NCBI RefSeq assembly: GCF_000143415.4
Contig: NW_003314328.1
Coordinates: 771,889-835,888 of the forward strand
DNA: 64,000 bases
Origin: Selaginella moellendorffii
Taxonomy: Eukaryota > Plantae > Lycopodiophyta
Reading direction: 5' to 3'
Position numbers and translations under genes: made by a program. Below, piece by piece: positions 12,085 to 25,900 of the stretch. The notes under the pieces were generated by a model. The model was not told the origin of the DNA, did no database searches, and worked only from the letters and a program-made list of their open reading frames with translations. How positions within the stretch are numbered: position 1 is the stretch's first letter; each line of letters starts with the position of its first letter.

Positions 12085-14745
12085 GGACATGGTGAGTGAG
12101 ATGGAGACATCTAATCTCAGTTGCTATGAACCCTTGGCCGTAAGGGCTGGCTTGGGTGCACCGCCAAGTGTGGGGGATGCCCCCGGGATCTTCTTGAGCG
12201 GGACGGCTAGTATTGCTTTCTCCTTGTTGGTCTCGGTCGAAACTCTCGGAGCTGGTGTTTCTGGAGCCTTGGTGGTTGCTGGGGTGGTCTTTTCAATCTG
12301 GTCCCCCTCCGAGTCCACCTCTTTCCCCTGCCTCTCCTCTGTCGCCGCTTGGATGACTCATTCCCTCTACTGTGTGTCTATGAACAGCGTGCTCAAACCC
12401 GGCAAGGAAGAGTGTGAGTCAAGCGAGGTCTGTTGTGGCATGTCCTCCAGCATTTCATCCCCATACTTGCCAATTTCCTCCAGAGCTGAGACCGATGGGA
12501 TCCTTTCAAAAGTGGACGTCCTGACCAGCGGTGTTGTGTTCAGCGGAGGGATAATCATTTGCTTGGAAGATGAGGCCTCTAAAGCTCCCTTTGATTTTTT
12601 GCCCCCGGTCGCAGTCGGTTTCTTCTTCTTTGTGATCTTGGTTGTATCGGCAGACAAGGAGGGAGCAGCTCGAGTTGGTTCTCTAGTTGTTTTTGCTGCT
12701 GTTGTTGGCTGGGGCGGGGGGGCTTGGGCTGCATCTGCCTCTAGTTCTGGTTTTGCAGCTTCGTTGTCCTTCAAGAGCGGCGGTGGGCGCTGCTTGAGCT
12801 TGATCGAGAGCTTCATCCCTGTGCTTCTTGTTTTTGGTTGATGCTTCGCCGTAGCTCTTTCCTCGTCATCAAGGGTGTTCTTAGTCGTGTTCGTGTGGAG
12901 GGGATCTTCCAGTTCATCCTCCAGTGGTGGACCACATTTTCACATGTTCTTTGTATGTGGCATTTCCTTCTTTGTTCTGGTCCTGTTCAGCAAAGAGTTC
13001 ACGGATCAACGCTACTCCTCGAGGATGATGCGGTGGTTCTGTTGAGGTACTGCTGGCAGTTTTTTGAGTCGGAGAGGGGGGCGTGTGGGGGGCCAAGCCG
13101 TGGGGGAGGGAGGGGAGAGAAGTCAGCGTGTGATCGAGAGGGTGGAGAGGAGACAAGTTGGGGACCGAGGGGGTGGGGAGGAGAACTGACCTCTTGGTTG
13201 CTGGTGTGATGCTCCTCTTCTTTTCTCCTTTCTCCGCTTGCTTTCATCCGCTCTCTAGTCGCTCTCGAACTCGATTCGACTTTTCTGGGCAATGGTAAGT
13301 TTAGGGTTGTTGCTATTGCTCTTGGCGGGGGGGTACATGGATGCGTGTGATTGGACGCGCTCCCTCTTAAGTTCACCTTGGATTTTGATGGTGTATCACA
13401 ATCTTGGTGATTCTCCCGCCGTACGTTGTGTTGGTTCGAGGCGGTCTGTACACTTGACTGCCCTCTTGATGATTGTCGGGGTGATGGCGATGTGGGGGGA
13501 TGGTGGCGTGATTTTTTTTTTCCTCTGTCGTCTTTCCCATCCATTATGGACCGTGTGATCTTGCCACAGTTGATCTTAGCCATGGCTGGGACTTGTGCGT
13601 GGGGAAGGCAGCAGATCCTTCGGTTGGAGCTTGCCCCTCGCGATCCGATGGTTGCGATGCTGATCGGCTCGGTGTGTGTACGGTCGTCCTTGTGCGTGAT
13701 TTTTTGGTGTTTATTGCTGTCTGCTCTAGGCCGTTGGATCTTTTTTCGAACAATCCTGACAGTGCTTGGGACTTAGCCATTTCTCGCATGGGCTTCATCT
13801 AAGCGGGAAGAAATTTTCAATCGGGCGGATCATGGATTCTTGGGGAGGGATGCTCCCGACCAGGTGAAAAATGATCCGAGGGTGGAACAATTGATCGAAG
13901 TCCATACCTGTGTGCCTCTTGCCATGACGCTTTCTACAGTTTTGAGGTCCGAGGGAGGATCACGTTTTGCCGATTCATGGGTGTAGGAGAGGACAATCTT
14001 TGTGGGTCATTGAGGGCTGTCCCAATTGCTCCTGAGTATCAATCCAAGTTCATCAGACTGTCTGTGTTCGTCTGTTGCTGCCACGCCTGTGAAATGCCTT
14101 TCTAGTGTCCTCGTGTTCTAAGGACCAGAACTTGGAGCTATTGGCACTTGTTTTGCTTCTTGGGTGCTTCTGCCCTTTCCAGTGCTCTAGGCGTCCATTC
14201 CTCCAGTCAGGTGTAGCCCTCTTCTTTTTTCCTTGGGGAGGAGGAGGGGGGGGAGACTTTTGCCACTGATCAGTCTGCTGTTGAGTCCTCTTTGTGATCA
14301 ACCAGGGGGACTAAAGAAGCTTGTGAACCGTGAAGCCAGCAATCCTATTGGGACTGGTGATCCTAGAGCGATCTCTTCACTACCCAAATGGATCCTCGTG
14401 GACCTTCTGTTGGGTGGAGCGAGCTTGAACCAGGGGATTCTTGGCGGTGTCGGTCAGCAGCTTGGTGGGGGAATTAGAACGATGGGGGAGAGATTGGGAT
14501 TTTTGCAGGGGAAGTGCTTGACCAGAGGGGAGCCGTGGAGAATCGGGACCTTTGCACGGCCAGTAACGATATTGACAAGTGGGTTCCGCACACTCCAGAG
14601 TACGGCCGTGAACAAAGGTGCCTAGTGACAGATCCATGGTGAGCAGCTTGGGAGTGATCCAGGAAGCTGTGGGAAGTAGAGGGGAAGCGAGCGCCAGAAC
14701 TTTGTGGAGTGCCTTGTGCCTAGGGTTTCCATCCTTCTCTCTCTA
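12085..14745 (-). mobile_element. Probable 5' part (ORF1 region) of a LINE-like element, decayed
   Basis: Series of minus-strand low-complexity K/P/T/R-rich ORF pieces (12124-12318, 12367-12816, 12999-13583, 14380-14637), co-oriented with the ORF1-like piece at 6877-7595. No catalytic motif seen. Confidence 0.35.
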
Positions 14746-14769
14746 ATCCCTCTAGTCTGACTTTGTGAA

Positions 14770-16050
14770 ATGACTTCACTTTATTTACCCTTTGGATAGC
14801 TCAGAGTGGGTGGCCAATCTCATCCTTGCACGCAAGGCAAATGGAAAACTCTGCCTATGCATTGACTTTCGAGACTTGAACAAGGCAACTGCGAAAGATC
14901 ACTTTCCAACTCTATTTATCGATGCGATTGTGGATGAGATGGCTGGACACCGTTCTTACTCTTTCATAGATGGCTTTTCAGGGTACAACCAGATCTTCAT
15001 TCATCCTGATCATCAAGATCTTACGGCCTTCCGGACACCTTGGGGCGTCTTCGCTTTCAACGTCTTCCCATTTAGCTTGTGTAATGCCGGAACTACTTTT
15101 CAACGCTTTATGACTCATGCCTTTCACGACTTGATTGGAAGCGCCTTGAGGGTGTATATGGATGATCTGTGCATGACTTTGGACTCCTTCAAGGACTAGA
15201 TTGTGCACTTAGAGTAAATCTTCACTTACTGCCGACAACACAGGTTCTCATTGAACCCAGCAAAGAGTAAATTCGGGGTGACTGAAGGCCCGTTGCTAGG
15301 TTTTGATGTCTCACAAAGTGGGATCAAACCTTAGGTAGCCAAGGCTCAAGAGATTCTAGATTGGAACCCACCAGCCAACGTGAAACAACTTTGCAGCTTC
15401 CTCAGGCAAACGGGTTTCTTTTGCAGTTTCCTCCACAACTATGCTGCACATTCACGGCCTCTGATAGCTCTGCTACAACACAACGTTCCATTTGTCTAGG
15501 GTGAGTCCCAGGAACAAGCCTTTGAATCACTGAAGCAGTCACTCCGCACAGCCCCGATAATCCAACACCAGAACGACAACTTCCTTTCGACATTTACATC
15601 ACAACGGGTACAGAGGCTTTTGGAGTATGCCTTTGCCAATGTTCACAGCCTGGCAAGTCACCACATGCAACATACTATGCCTTATATTCGTTCAAGGAGA
15701 CTGAAAAGAAATATGTGGATGCGGAAAAAGAAGCAGTGGCTGTTGTTTACACCTTGGAGTGATTTTGTCACTTTCTCGCTGGAGCCCATATCCAATTCCA
15801 TGTTTGTTTTAATGTGCTGACCTTTCTTTTACAACAATCGGTTCATAGTCCTCACACTTTATCTTGGATTGTGACCATCCAAGAGTTCTAACCAACTTTT
15901 CACATGCGGCGGAAGCGAGTGATGGATCCGAGTGAGTCTCTGGTTGCTGAAGCTACTTCCTTTGTGGTCCTAGCAGCATTACAGGACATTGTAGTGTACC
16001 TGGATTTAGGTCAGTTCCCAGCAAATTCCTCACCAGTGCAACAAAAGGCA
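14770..16050 (+). pseudogene. Family-C gypsy RT/RNase H fragment
   Basis: CIDFRDLNKAT, DGFSGYNQI, VYMDD; near-duplicate of 20930-22220. Confidence 0.88.
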
Positions 16051-16867
16051 TTGGAGATCCAGAGTTTAAGAAGGAATTCCTTGTTTGTCTTGCGTTGGTT
16101 TTGTTTGATCCTGGGTGTGTTGGATAGGTCTGGAGCTCCTCTTTCCAGCAAGGTATGGCGCTCATCAAGCCATGCAATATTTGAAGAGATACAACGTTTC
16201 TTGGCTCGTTTGGATAAGCATTTTCACTTTTTTGCCTGAATCCTCGGCTAAATTTCTCAAGGTAGCGCATTTGGGCTTGTAGATCTGGCCAAGATCTATG
16301 AGTAGTGGTGGTTCTTGGCACTAGATTTGGGTGAATTGACAGCATGCAAAAGGATTCTCTTCTCCAACCAAGTTGGGTCATCTTTGTAGCAGGAATTCGT
16401 GCTCCTCCAGGCTTTGTTTTGGCTGCCGTTTGTTTCTAGAGGTGCTCCTGGTCCTAGGCTTTCCAGAAATACCAATGGCGCCTTAGTATCAATCTACATC
16501 ATGGATATACACATGTTTTTCCACAATGTTGGCGTTCTAGGCTACCTCTTCGTGGATTTCGGGGAATATTGAGGCGGCTTCTTCCCACATTCCTACAATA
16601 GAGGGTAGACGGGGCTGAGCCCTTTCCAACTAGCGCACTAACAGTCAAAATGGAGAAGGATCGAGACTAGAGGACTCATTTTTCTCTTTTGGGTTAAACT
16701 TTGTTGGGGGTTCTTTGGGAACGAAGCAATCTTCAAGGAATAGGTAACTGTAGGAACAAGAAGAGGAGGAGCAAGAACAAGAGTTAGCGTAGGAACAGGT
16801 ACAGTAGGAATAGGCACAAGGATAGGAGTTGGTGTTGGAGCAAGCGCAAGGGTAGGAGCGAGAGCAG

Positions 16868-17100
16868 GGGTTACTGGTTACAGGTCATAGATCCCCGGTT
16901 ACTGGTGACCGGTTACTACTCCAGCGGCTACTCCAGCGGCTACTCTAGCGGCTACCCCAGTTACCAGCTACCGGCTACTCTAGCGGCTGCTCCAGTGGCT
17001 GCTCCAGCGGCTACCCTAGTTACCAGCTACTGGCTACTCCAGTGGCTACTCCAACAGCTACTCCAGTGGCTCCTCTCGTGGCTACTCTGGCGGTTACTCT
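16868..17100. repeat. Tandem ~12-bp GGCTACTCCAGC-type repeats upstream of family-C gag
   Basis: Read directly. The flanking sequence recurs at ~25110-25190 and ~27610-27760, so it is probably part of the family-C terminal/UTR repeat. Confidence 0.7.
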
Positions 17101-17444
17101 ATGGGTCAATGGTTATGCGTGCTTGAGGCCTACATCTCCTTCCATTTCGACCCTTATTTCTCTTTGTCACAGGCATTTTGAGCAACTTGAGCACTAGCCT
17201 ACAGTCTTCTTGCTCCTATCATTCTTGCCCGGTTGCCTTGACCGGGCATTTGCAGTGTTCAAGTTATTTGATGCCGGTACAAACTAAACGTACGACAAAT
17301 TGGCACCCTTTCACCATACCTCAAGGCCCTAAGGTATGGAGTAAATTTTCTAACATCCAAAGGTAGCTTAGGTACGACACTGCACCTTCTCGGGCCGAGT
17401 CCTCTTCATCCTTGGTAGATTCCAGTGCCTTAGATCTATGAGCT

Positions 17445-20400
17445 ATGGCGCAGCTACCTTTAACTCGACCTCAATTCCATGTTCTGCAGAAGGGGAGTGA
17501 TCTACCAGTCTTCTCAGGTGTTGGAATAGTCTCTCCAACATTGCATATCAGTCGCTTTGATTACTACTGCACCACAAACATGATCATCGACGATGATCGT
17601 ATGTGCCACGACTTCCTGCAGTCTCTCAAAGGCAAAGCAGCAACTTGGGCAGATTCTCTCATCCCAGAGGACCAGACAGACTTTTGGACACTACTTGCCT
17701 CTTTCAGAGAATGCTTCGTTGAGGAAAACCCCACAAATCGGCTACTTGTCGACCTCTTTTCGTTCCAGTAGGGTGTTCACGAGTCTGTTCCTGACTACAT
17801 CACACGGTTATTAGCTTACTGGAAGCAGTGTTAAGATCGTAGAGTAGTCCAAGATGAGCAATAGGGGATCACAGCATTCACAGCAAGTCTACACAGGAAC
17901 TTGCAGTGGAAACTTCTTAAGAAGACATTCAGGTCTTGCCGTGAGGCATTTTCGTTTGCCACGAAGGTGGAAAGAGAGCTTCTGGTCAACCTAGGGATTG
18001 CTAGAGTTGATTTCGATCAAGTCATTATCCCATTAGAGTCACCTTGTGCAGCTATTCGCCCGTCTAAACCAAAGCCTGTTGCTATTGAGCAGACACCCCC
18101 AGCTCTTGAGAACTTTGCCAATGAGATGCGGCAGCTGAAGGAGATCATTCTTCAGTAGCAATCACACCATGACAAATTGCTCCAAGAGCTGGTGGAGTCC
18201 AGGAAAGAGGCCGCTACAGCTTGGGAATGTAGATTTAAATCCCGTTGATGCACTCACTGCGAGACGAACACACACAACACATAGCACTACTTCAAGCTTC
18301 ACCTAGAGCTTCGGCCTCCATCTTTTCAACGTGTCCAACAACATCTCTTCGCTGATAACTCCACACCGCCTTGGGGTCCAGAGACATATTAGGAGCAGTT
18401 GGAGCGACAAGCACATGAGGCAGCCCCTTTGTCAAACAAGTGCAAGGCACTAGCCTCATCGGTCAACATGATTTTGGTAGCCGAGGAACTCTATAGGCAA
18501 CAGCAGCAAACCGCAGCCACTCGAGCCCAAGTGAAGAAGAAGGTAGCCGCTTAGCTTGCCACAGATCCCCGGTGTTGGTTGAGAGTGAATCTCCATTGGC
18601 ATCAGGCCCGATGACACAGAGGGAGGCTTGTAAGCTCCCCTTCAAGTCACTTCTCTCTTCTCCTCCTAAGATCTCACCAACAGCTATTCCTGTTCTGGAG
18701 CCGGTTCTTCAACAGCTGGTTGACACTCCCATCACCTTTTCGTTCCAAGACATGTTGTGTCTTGTCCCGGGATTTGGCCAGCGTTTGGAGAAGTTTGCAG
18801 GGTCAGGAACACCAGAGAACACTCTCAAGAGGACTCCTCAAGAGGTGCACATTGTCGACATGACAAGATACAGTGGAGATCCTGGTCTGTTCTTCGTCCT
18901 GGTGTAGATCGGTACTTCCTCTTGTAGGATGGATGCTTTGGTTGACTCCGGTTCTGGAGGCGACATTATCTCTCTCGAAGCTGCCCTTTCAACACAGCTA
19001 TAGATCACTGAGAGCTCCTCCATCATGCTCAAGAAGTTCGCAAACCACACTATTCCTCCAGTGGGCATTTGCTGTGGTGTCAAGGTCTTTGTGCAGGTTG
19101 TTATTTCTAAGGTGGATTTCCTAGTGGTTGACTACCAACGTCTTGGAACGTCCTCTTTGAAGGACTCTATCATCCTTGGCTGCTCATGGCAAGTCACAGC
19201 TCATTGCACTATCGACAGTGCAAAAGGCAAGATGGAAATTAACGATGGAACCGACAGTGCCACCCTTTTCAACAACCACGGCAGAGCTCTTTCTCAGCAA
19301 GCCCAGCAAGCTCGGACTAAGATGGCCTCCACACCATACTTTCCTCTTGAGCTCACAGAGGTTTTTCTTGAGTTGGTGGTGGCATCGACCATCTATATGA
19401 TGGATGCTTTCTCATGCAATGTGATTGACATGGTTGGAGGTGAGTCAAGTAGCCCGAGACATCTCTCAGCTTCACTCTCTTTATTTGAGAGTAAGGCCAA
19501 GCCTCTAGACAGGCCCTCTTTATTCAATGACAAGGCTTATAAAGTATGGGCAGCTACATCCAGCTTTCCGGAGTGTCTCTTGGTAGAGGAAGGGCTTCTT
19601 GACTCGTTTCTTGCATGGGACTGACTTTCTCTTATGGAGCTAGATGACACAGTCACTCCAGACCAGGCCCATCTTTCACAAGACACAGTTGAACTCAATT
19701 CTCCTCAGCAACTATTTGAGGTGTTACACGGCTAACATCTTCCTACTAAAATCACGGTAGCTGACGACTCCGAGTGTATTTTGTCATGTTGTTTTTTGGA
19801 GATGGAAGATAACATCCAGTCACACAACTGGCAGGAAGAATCAAGCAAATCAGACATGCTGCATGCAGGTTATAACTCTTTGAGTTCAGAATTTCCTACC
19901 GTGGAGCCCCCAGTACAGATCCAAGGGTATTACACTGAAACTTTAGCACCAGACTTGGACTGGACTTCGGTGGAGGATCTTCCTTCACTTGCGGAGTACT
20001 TGGCTGCAGTCCTTGCATTGGACATCGAGCGCTTAGAGCATCAGAAGCAAAGAGAACAACAAACAAAGACGTTCTTGCCAGACTTACCAGCAGCAACGTT
20101 CTTACCAGACTTACCAGAGACGGTCTTATCGGATGTGGTGTCCCCAGCATCTTTATTTGAGGAAGAGGACACTTCTATGATTATAGCTTATTTTGATGGT
20201 GCTTTCTGCCCCAAAAACCAGGTTGCCAGCATTGGAGTTTGGATGATTGATTTTGCAAAGAACAAAGTAGCCAACCCTCTATCACTTTGCCAGCAACATC
20301 AGCTAATGAAGTAGAGTACTTGGCTGTCATCAGTGCCATGAAGTTGGCCACAGATCTCAAGTTTAGGTGAGTCACTTTTGTTGGAGATGTGCAACTCATC

Positions 20401-23380
20401 ATACGCCAACTTACTGGAGAATACCAAGTCCGCAAAGAGAACCTGAAAGAGCTATGGTAGCGGGCGGTCAACCTGAAGGATGAGTTCTCTGAGGTGTCTT
20501 TTCAAAGTGTCCCCCATGAAGAAAACTTTTGGGCAGACAAGTTATCACATCAAGCAATCACCATGATGCAAGAAGAAAAAGGCACTCCCTACGCTTCGGT
20601 TTCCAGTGTCAGGGAGGAATCAAAGATCGATGAGCCCAAGGTTTCTCCAGACTCTAGGGTTCATGCTGTTTTTGTAGGTGATGACAAGGACCCGGTCTTT
20701 ATCGCCACATCACTTGCTTCAACAAACGCAGCAAAGCTCTTGGATCTCCTTCATGGTTTCAAGGACGTGTTTGCTTAGGACTACAGCTAGCTTCTAGGAG
20801 TTCCCATGGACACAATCATGCATAGTATTGTGCTTTCAGAGTCAGCCAAACCAGTCCGTCAAAAGATGCAGCGTTTCAGCCCGGCAGCTCACTCGGAGAT
20901 GAAGTTGGAGATTGAGCGACTACTGGCAGCCGGCTTTATTTACCCTTTTTAGAGCTCAGACTGGGTGGCCAATTTTGTCCCTGCATACAAGGCAAATGGA
21001 AAACTCCACCTATGCATTGACTTTCGAGACTTGAACAAGGCAACTGCGAAAGACTATTTTCCAACTCCATTTATCGATGTGATTGTGGATGAGATGGCTG
21101 GACACCGGTACTACTCTTTAATGGAAGGCTTTTCAGGGTACAACCAGATCTTCATTCATCCGGATCATCGAGATCTTACGGCCTTCTTGACACCTTGGGG
21201 CGTCTTTGCTTTCAACGTCCTCCCATTTGGCTTGTGCAACGTTGGAGCTACTTTTCAGCGCTTTATGACCCATGCCTTTCACGACTTGATTGGAGGCACC
21301 TTGAGGGTGTATATGGATGATCTGTGCATGACCTCTGACTCCTTTAAGGATCACCTTGTGCACTTGGAAGAGATCTTCACTCGATGCCAACAACACAGGT
21401 TTTCATTGAACCCGGCAAAGTGTAAATTTGGGGTGACTGAAGGCCGGTTACTAGGTTTTGATGTCTCACAGGATGGGATCAAACCCCAAGTAGGCAAGGC
21501 TCAGGAGATTCTGGATCGGAACCCACCAACCAACTTGAAGCAGCTTTGCAGCTTCCTCGGGCAAACAGGTTTCTTTTGCTGTTTCCTCCACAACTATGTC
21601 GCACGTTCACGGCCCCTGATAGCTCTGCTACAACACAACATTCCATTTATCTAGGGTGAGTCCTAGCAACAAGCCTTTGAATCACTGAAGCAGTCGCTCC
21701 GCACGGCCCCAGTCCTCCAACAACCAGAACGACAACTTCCTTTTGACATTTACATCACAACAGGTACAGAGGCTTTTGGAGTATGCCTTTGCCAATGTTC
21801 ACAGCCCAGCAAACCACCACATGCAACATACTATGCCTCACATTTGTTTAAGGAGACTAAGAAGAAGTACGTGGATGCAGAAAAAGAAGCAGTGGCTGTT
21901 GTTTACACCTTGGAGCGTTTTCAGCACTTTCTCGCTAGAGCCTGTATCCATTTCCACGTCTATTTTAATGTGCTAACCTTTCTTTTATAGTGATCGGTTC
22001 ACAATCCTCGTACTTTATCCTAGATTGTGACCATCCAAGAGTTCCAGCCAACTTTTCACATGCGGTGGAAGCGTGTGATGGATCTGAGAGAGTTCCTGGT
22101 TGCTGAAGCTACCTCCTTTGTGGTCCCAGCAACATTACAGGACATGTCATTGTAGTGTACCTGGATTCAAGTCAGTTCCTAGCAGATTCCTCACCAGTAC
22201 AACAAAAGGCGTTGGAGATCCGAGCACAAGGGTTTTGCCTTCTTGATGGACACCTTTACAGGAGGACTTCTCAAGAAGTTTTGTTGTGGTGTGTGGGGGA
22301 ACACGAGGTCCCTGGGCTCCTTCGTGCTTTCCACTCTTGTGCGGGGCATTTCTCGGGACGGGTTACAGCATAGCTCCTCTTGAGCCATGGCTACTTTTGG
22401 CCTCGGATTCACTAGGACAGCTTGGCCTATGCAAAGGCATGTGAGTAGTGCCAATGGTTCAACCCCCGGAGCCATGTTCCACGTCTTCCTTTCCAGCTCA
22501 TCACTTCTCCTGGTCCCTTTTTCCAGTGGGGACTTGACTTCGTCGGCCCAATCAACCCACCGAGCTCAAAAGGGCAGCAATACATCATCGTGGCGACGGA
22601 CTATTTCACAAAATGGGTTGAGGCCACCCCTCTGCGACAAGCAGATCAATAGTCTACAACAAAGTTTGTCTACGAGTACATCATTTGCCGATTCGGAGTT
22701 CTTGCTGTTTTGATTTCTGATTGAGGCAGCGGCTTCCTTGGACAGGTGATGCAGCATCTTCTCCAGCAGCTGCAGGTCAAGCACGTGAAGAGCAGCAGCT
22801 ATTATCCTGAGTGCAATGGCCAAGCGGAGTTCAGCAACAAGATATTGAAGACAGTCATCTCAAAGCTTGTGGAGGATCACCCAAGGCGTTGGCATGAGCA
22901 CTTGGTTACGGTGTTGTGGGCCTTTCGGATGTCCTTCAAGACATCCATCTCTGGACCCCATTCTCCCTTGTCTATGGGATAGAGGCCGTGCTTCCAGTGG
23001 AGATCCAAGTGCCATCACTCTCACTTTCACTTCAATACGCAGCAGTGATGCAACTTAGCGATGAGGACAAGCTTCATGCACGTGACTTGGAGGTTCTTGC
23101 CTTGGAAGAACAGTGATAATCCACGACTGAACATCTCCTTCGAGGCAAGCAGAAGATCAAGTCAGTCATTGATCACCAGCGGTCTGCCGAACCATTCGAG
23201 GATGGCAATCTCGTTCTACTCAAGGAGCTTACGCCACCTTCGAAGTTCTCCCCTCGCTGGACCGGCCCCTACTTTGTCCAACGACACATCAGAGGCGAAG
23301 CATATATGCTAGTTGATGCTGATGGACATGAGCTCCCACATGCTCACAATCACTCTCATCTCAAATGCTTCATCCAGTGA
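17445..23380 (+). mobile_element. Tat-like Ty3/gypsy (family C), decayed: gag-PR-aRH-RT-RH-IN
   Basis: Gag-like 17445-18300, protease ALVDSGS (~18935), extra RNase H (~20180-20570), RT YMDD 20965-21654, integrase with YPECNGQAE and GPY motifs. Many stops. Confidence 0.88.
20180..20570 (+). pseudogene. Additional archaeal-type RNase HI (aRH) domain upstream of RT
   Basis: YFDGAF...NEVEYLAVISAM...VGDVQLIIRQLTGEYQV...ENFWADKLS, read across a frameshift. Second copy on - at ~38990-39380. Confidence 0.8.
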
Positions 23381-24660
23381 GGTGTTCCTCTTCTCTTCTT
23401 TTTCTTTTTCTTTTTCTTCCTTTCTTTCACTTTACTTTTGTGGCTACTTTTCTTACTTTTAGAGGGTGTTTCTCCATTGGACCATAGCCCATGCCTTGGA
23501 TTTTGTGCTTAGGCTGCATTGCCGTTTGTATGGAGGTTCCTCGCTTGGCTCAGTCTATGTTCCAAGTTCATTGGCACTTCCTTTATCATTTACTATACCC
23601 TGCACATTTCCCACACTCATTTCATACCATCTACACTCACAATTCCATCACCAATCACTTCTAGCAGCGTTGCCCACATTTATCTCTAGATGCCCGTCTT
23701 GCATCTTTACGCCACCTTTGAAGTTCTCCCCTCGCTGGACCAGCCCCTACTTTGTCCAGCGACACATTAGAGGCGGAGCATATATGCTAGTTGATGCTGA
23801 TGGACGTGAGCTCCCACATGCTCACAATCACTCTCATCTCAAACGCTTCATCCAATGAGGCGTTCCTCTTCTCTTCTTTTTCTTTTTCTTTTTCTTCCTT
23901 TCTTTCACTTTACTTTCGTGGCTATTTTTCTTACTTTCAGAGGGTGTTTCTCCATTGGACTGTGGCCCATGCCTTGGATTTTGTGCTCAGGCTCCATTGC
24001 CATTTGTATGGAGGTTCCTCGCTTGGCTTGGTCTATGTTTCAGGTTCTTTGGCCCTTCCTTTATCATTACTATACCCCGCACATTTCCCACACTCATTCC
24101 ATACCATCTACACTCACAGTTCCATCACCAATCACTTCCAACAGCGTTGCCCGCACTTATCTCTAGATGCCTGTCTTGCATCTTTACGCCACCTTTGAAG
24201 TTCTCCCCTCACTGGACCGGCCCCTACTTTGTTCAGTGACACATTGGAGGTGGAGCATATATGCTAGTTGATGCTTATGGACATGAGCTCCCACACACTC
24301 ACAACCACTCTCACATCAAACACTTCATCTAATAAGGCATTCCTCTTCTCTTCTTTTTCTTTTTCTTTTTCTTTTTTTATTTCACTTTACTTTCATGGCT
24401 CCTTTACCTACTTTCAGGGGGTGTTTCTACATTGGACCATGGCCCATGCCTTGGATTTCATGCTCAGGCTGCATTGCCATTTGTATGGATGTTCCTCGCT
24501 TGGCTTGGTCTATATTCCAGGTTCTTTGGCCCTTCCCCTACCATTACTATACCCTACACATTTCCCACACTCATTCCATACCATCTACACTCATTGTTCC
24601 ATCACCAATCACTTCCAGCAATGTTGCCCACACTTATCTCTAGATGCCCGTCTTGCATCT
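23230..24660 (+). repeat. About three tandem ~478-bp copies of integrase C-terminus plus 3' UTR (family C)
   Basis: The unit starting ttacgccacctt..aagttctcccctc recurs at ~23229, ~23707 and ~24184. Confidence 0.85.
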
Positions 24661-25900
24661 TTCATTCTTTCACCATCATTCACATCTCCGTTTGAGGTCA
24701 CATTTACATCATGCCACGGACACACATACGTGCACCAGCAGCAAATGACACCACCTCATTTGGACATGCCATTTCCGAGATATTCGTACAACCATTTGCC
24801 GACGACGCACTAGCTTTTCTGGAGTGACTTTCTTCCAACCAGGTGAACCTGTTCACTCAAGGCACCTAGGTGGATCTTTAGGTGAGGCCACAGAGGCCGA
24901 AGCCACTTTCTTCTACTCCAGCACTCAGTGGACACATGCCACCTCCCTTTACCGGCAACCTAGTGACTCCGACATCTTTGTCAGCTACTGACTTCTTCAG
25001 TCCAACACATCAGACTGGCCACCTTCTCAGAGTGCCACCACCATCTTGGTGCTCCACTATATCACTCCACCATATCAATGCTGGAGCAGGCCCAGGAGTA
25101 GGTGCGAGAGCAAGTGGTTATCGGTTACAGGTTACAGGTCCCCAGTTACTGGTTACCAGTTACTAGTTACCAGCTACTCCGAGTGGTCAACGCTTATTCT
25201 ACGGGCCAACCATTATCAATGGCTACCATTTCAGAGTGCCACCACCATCTTGGCGCTCCACTATATTACTCCATCTTTCATCATTTCCACACTTACCACC
25301 CTTGGGCAACACATCCCCTCTTCTACCTCTCTTTCTTTCTCAAATTCAGCCAATCCTTGGAGCATAACTGAAGTCATCACGAGGCTACATTTGCATATTA
25401 CACTTTCCTGAGCTGAAATCTAGGTACGGGTTATGTTCTTTGGGTACTCACACTCTTTTTCCCCTATTTTTCCCCCTCTTTTCACACTTTTTCCGCACTT
25501 TTTCTTCAACTTCAAGGTCCAGTTTGACTGACGGGTTTTCCTCCCTATCTCCAAACTTCACACCTACCTCTTTTCTTTCTTTTCCACTTTATTTTCTAGA
25601 GTTCCTACTATTTCATGCAGCTACAAGCACTTGGCATCAGTAGCAAAGGTACACTCTACACTCTTCGGAGGGTTCTCGCGCGTCTGGAGCCAACGCGATC
25701 CACTGTGGTTGCATGTTAGGGTGTGGCCACTGAGAGAGAGAGAGAGAGAGGGAATATTCTGGTCCTCAAAATATTCCCCATCTTCCTTGTATAAAACCCT
25801 GGCCTCACAAGGGGGGCATTTTGTGAAGAGCAGTGAAGCATTTCTCGTGTTTGAGCGAGCGTTGGGGGGGGGGGGGGGGGTGCCCCTCCTTCCCCCAACA

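Noticed and set aside
12089-12841. 250-aa hydrophobic plus-strand ORF
   Set aside because: Antisense shadow of K/T/P/E-rich minus-strand coding sequence; no domain signal.
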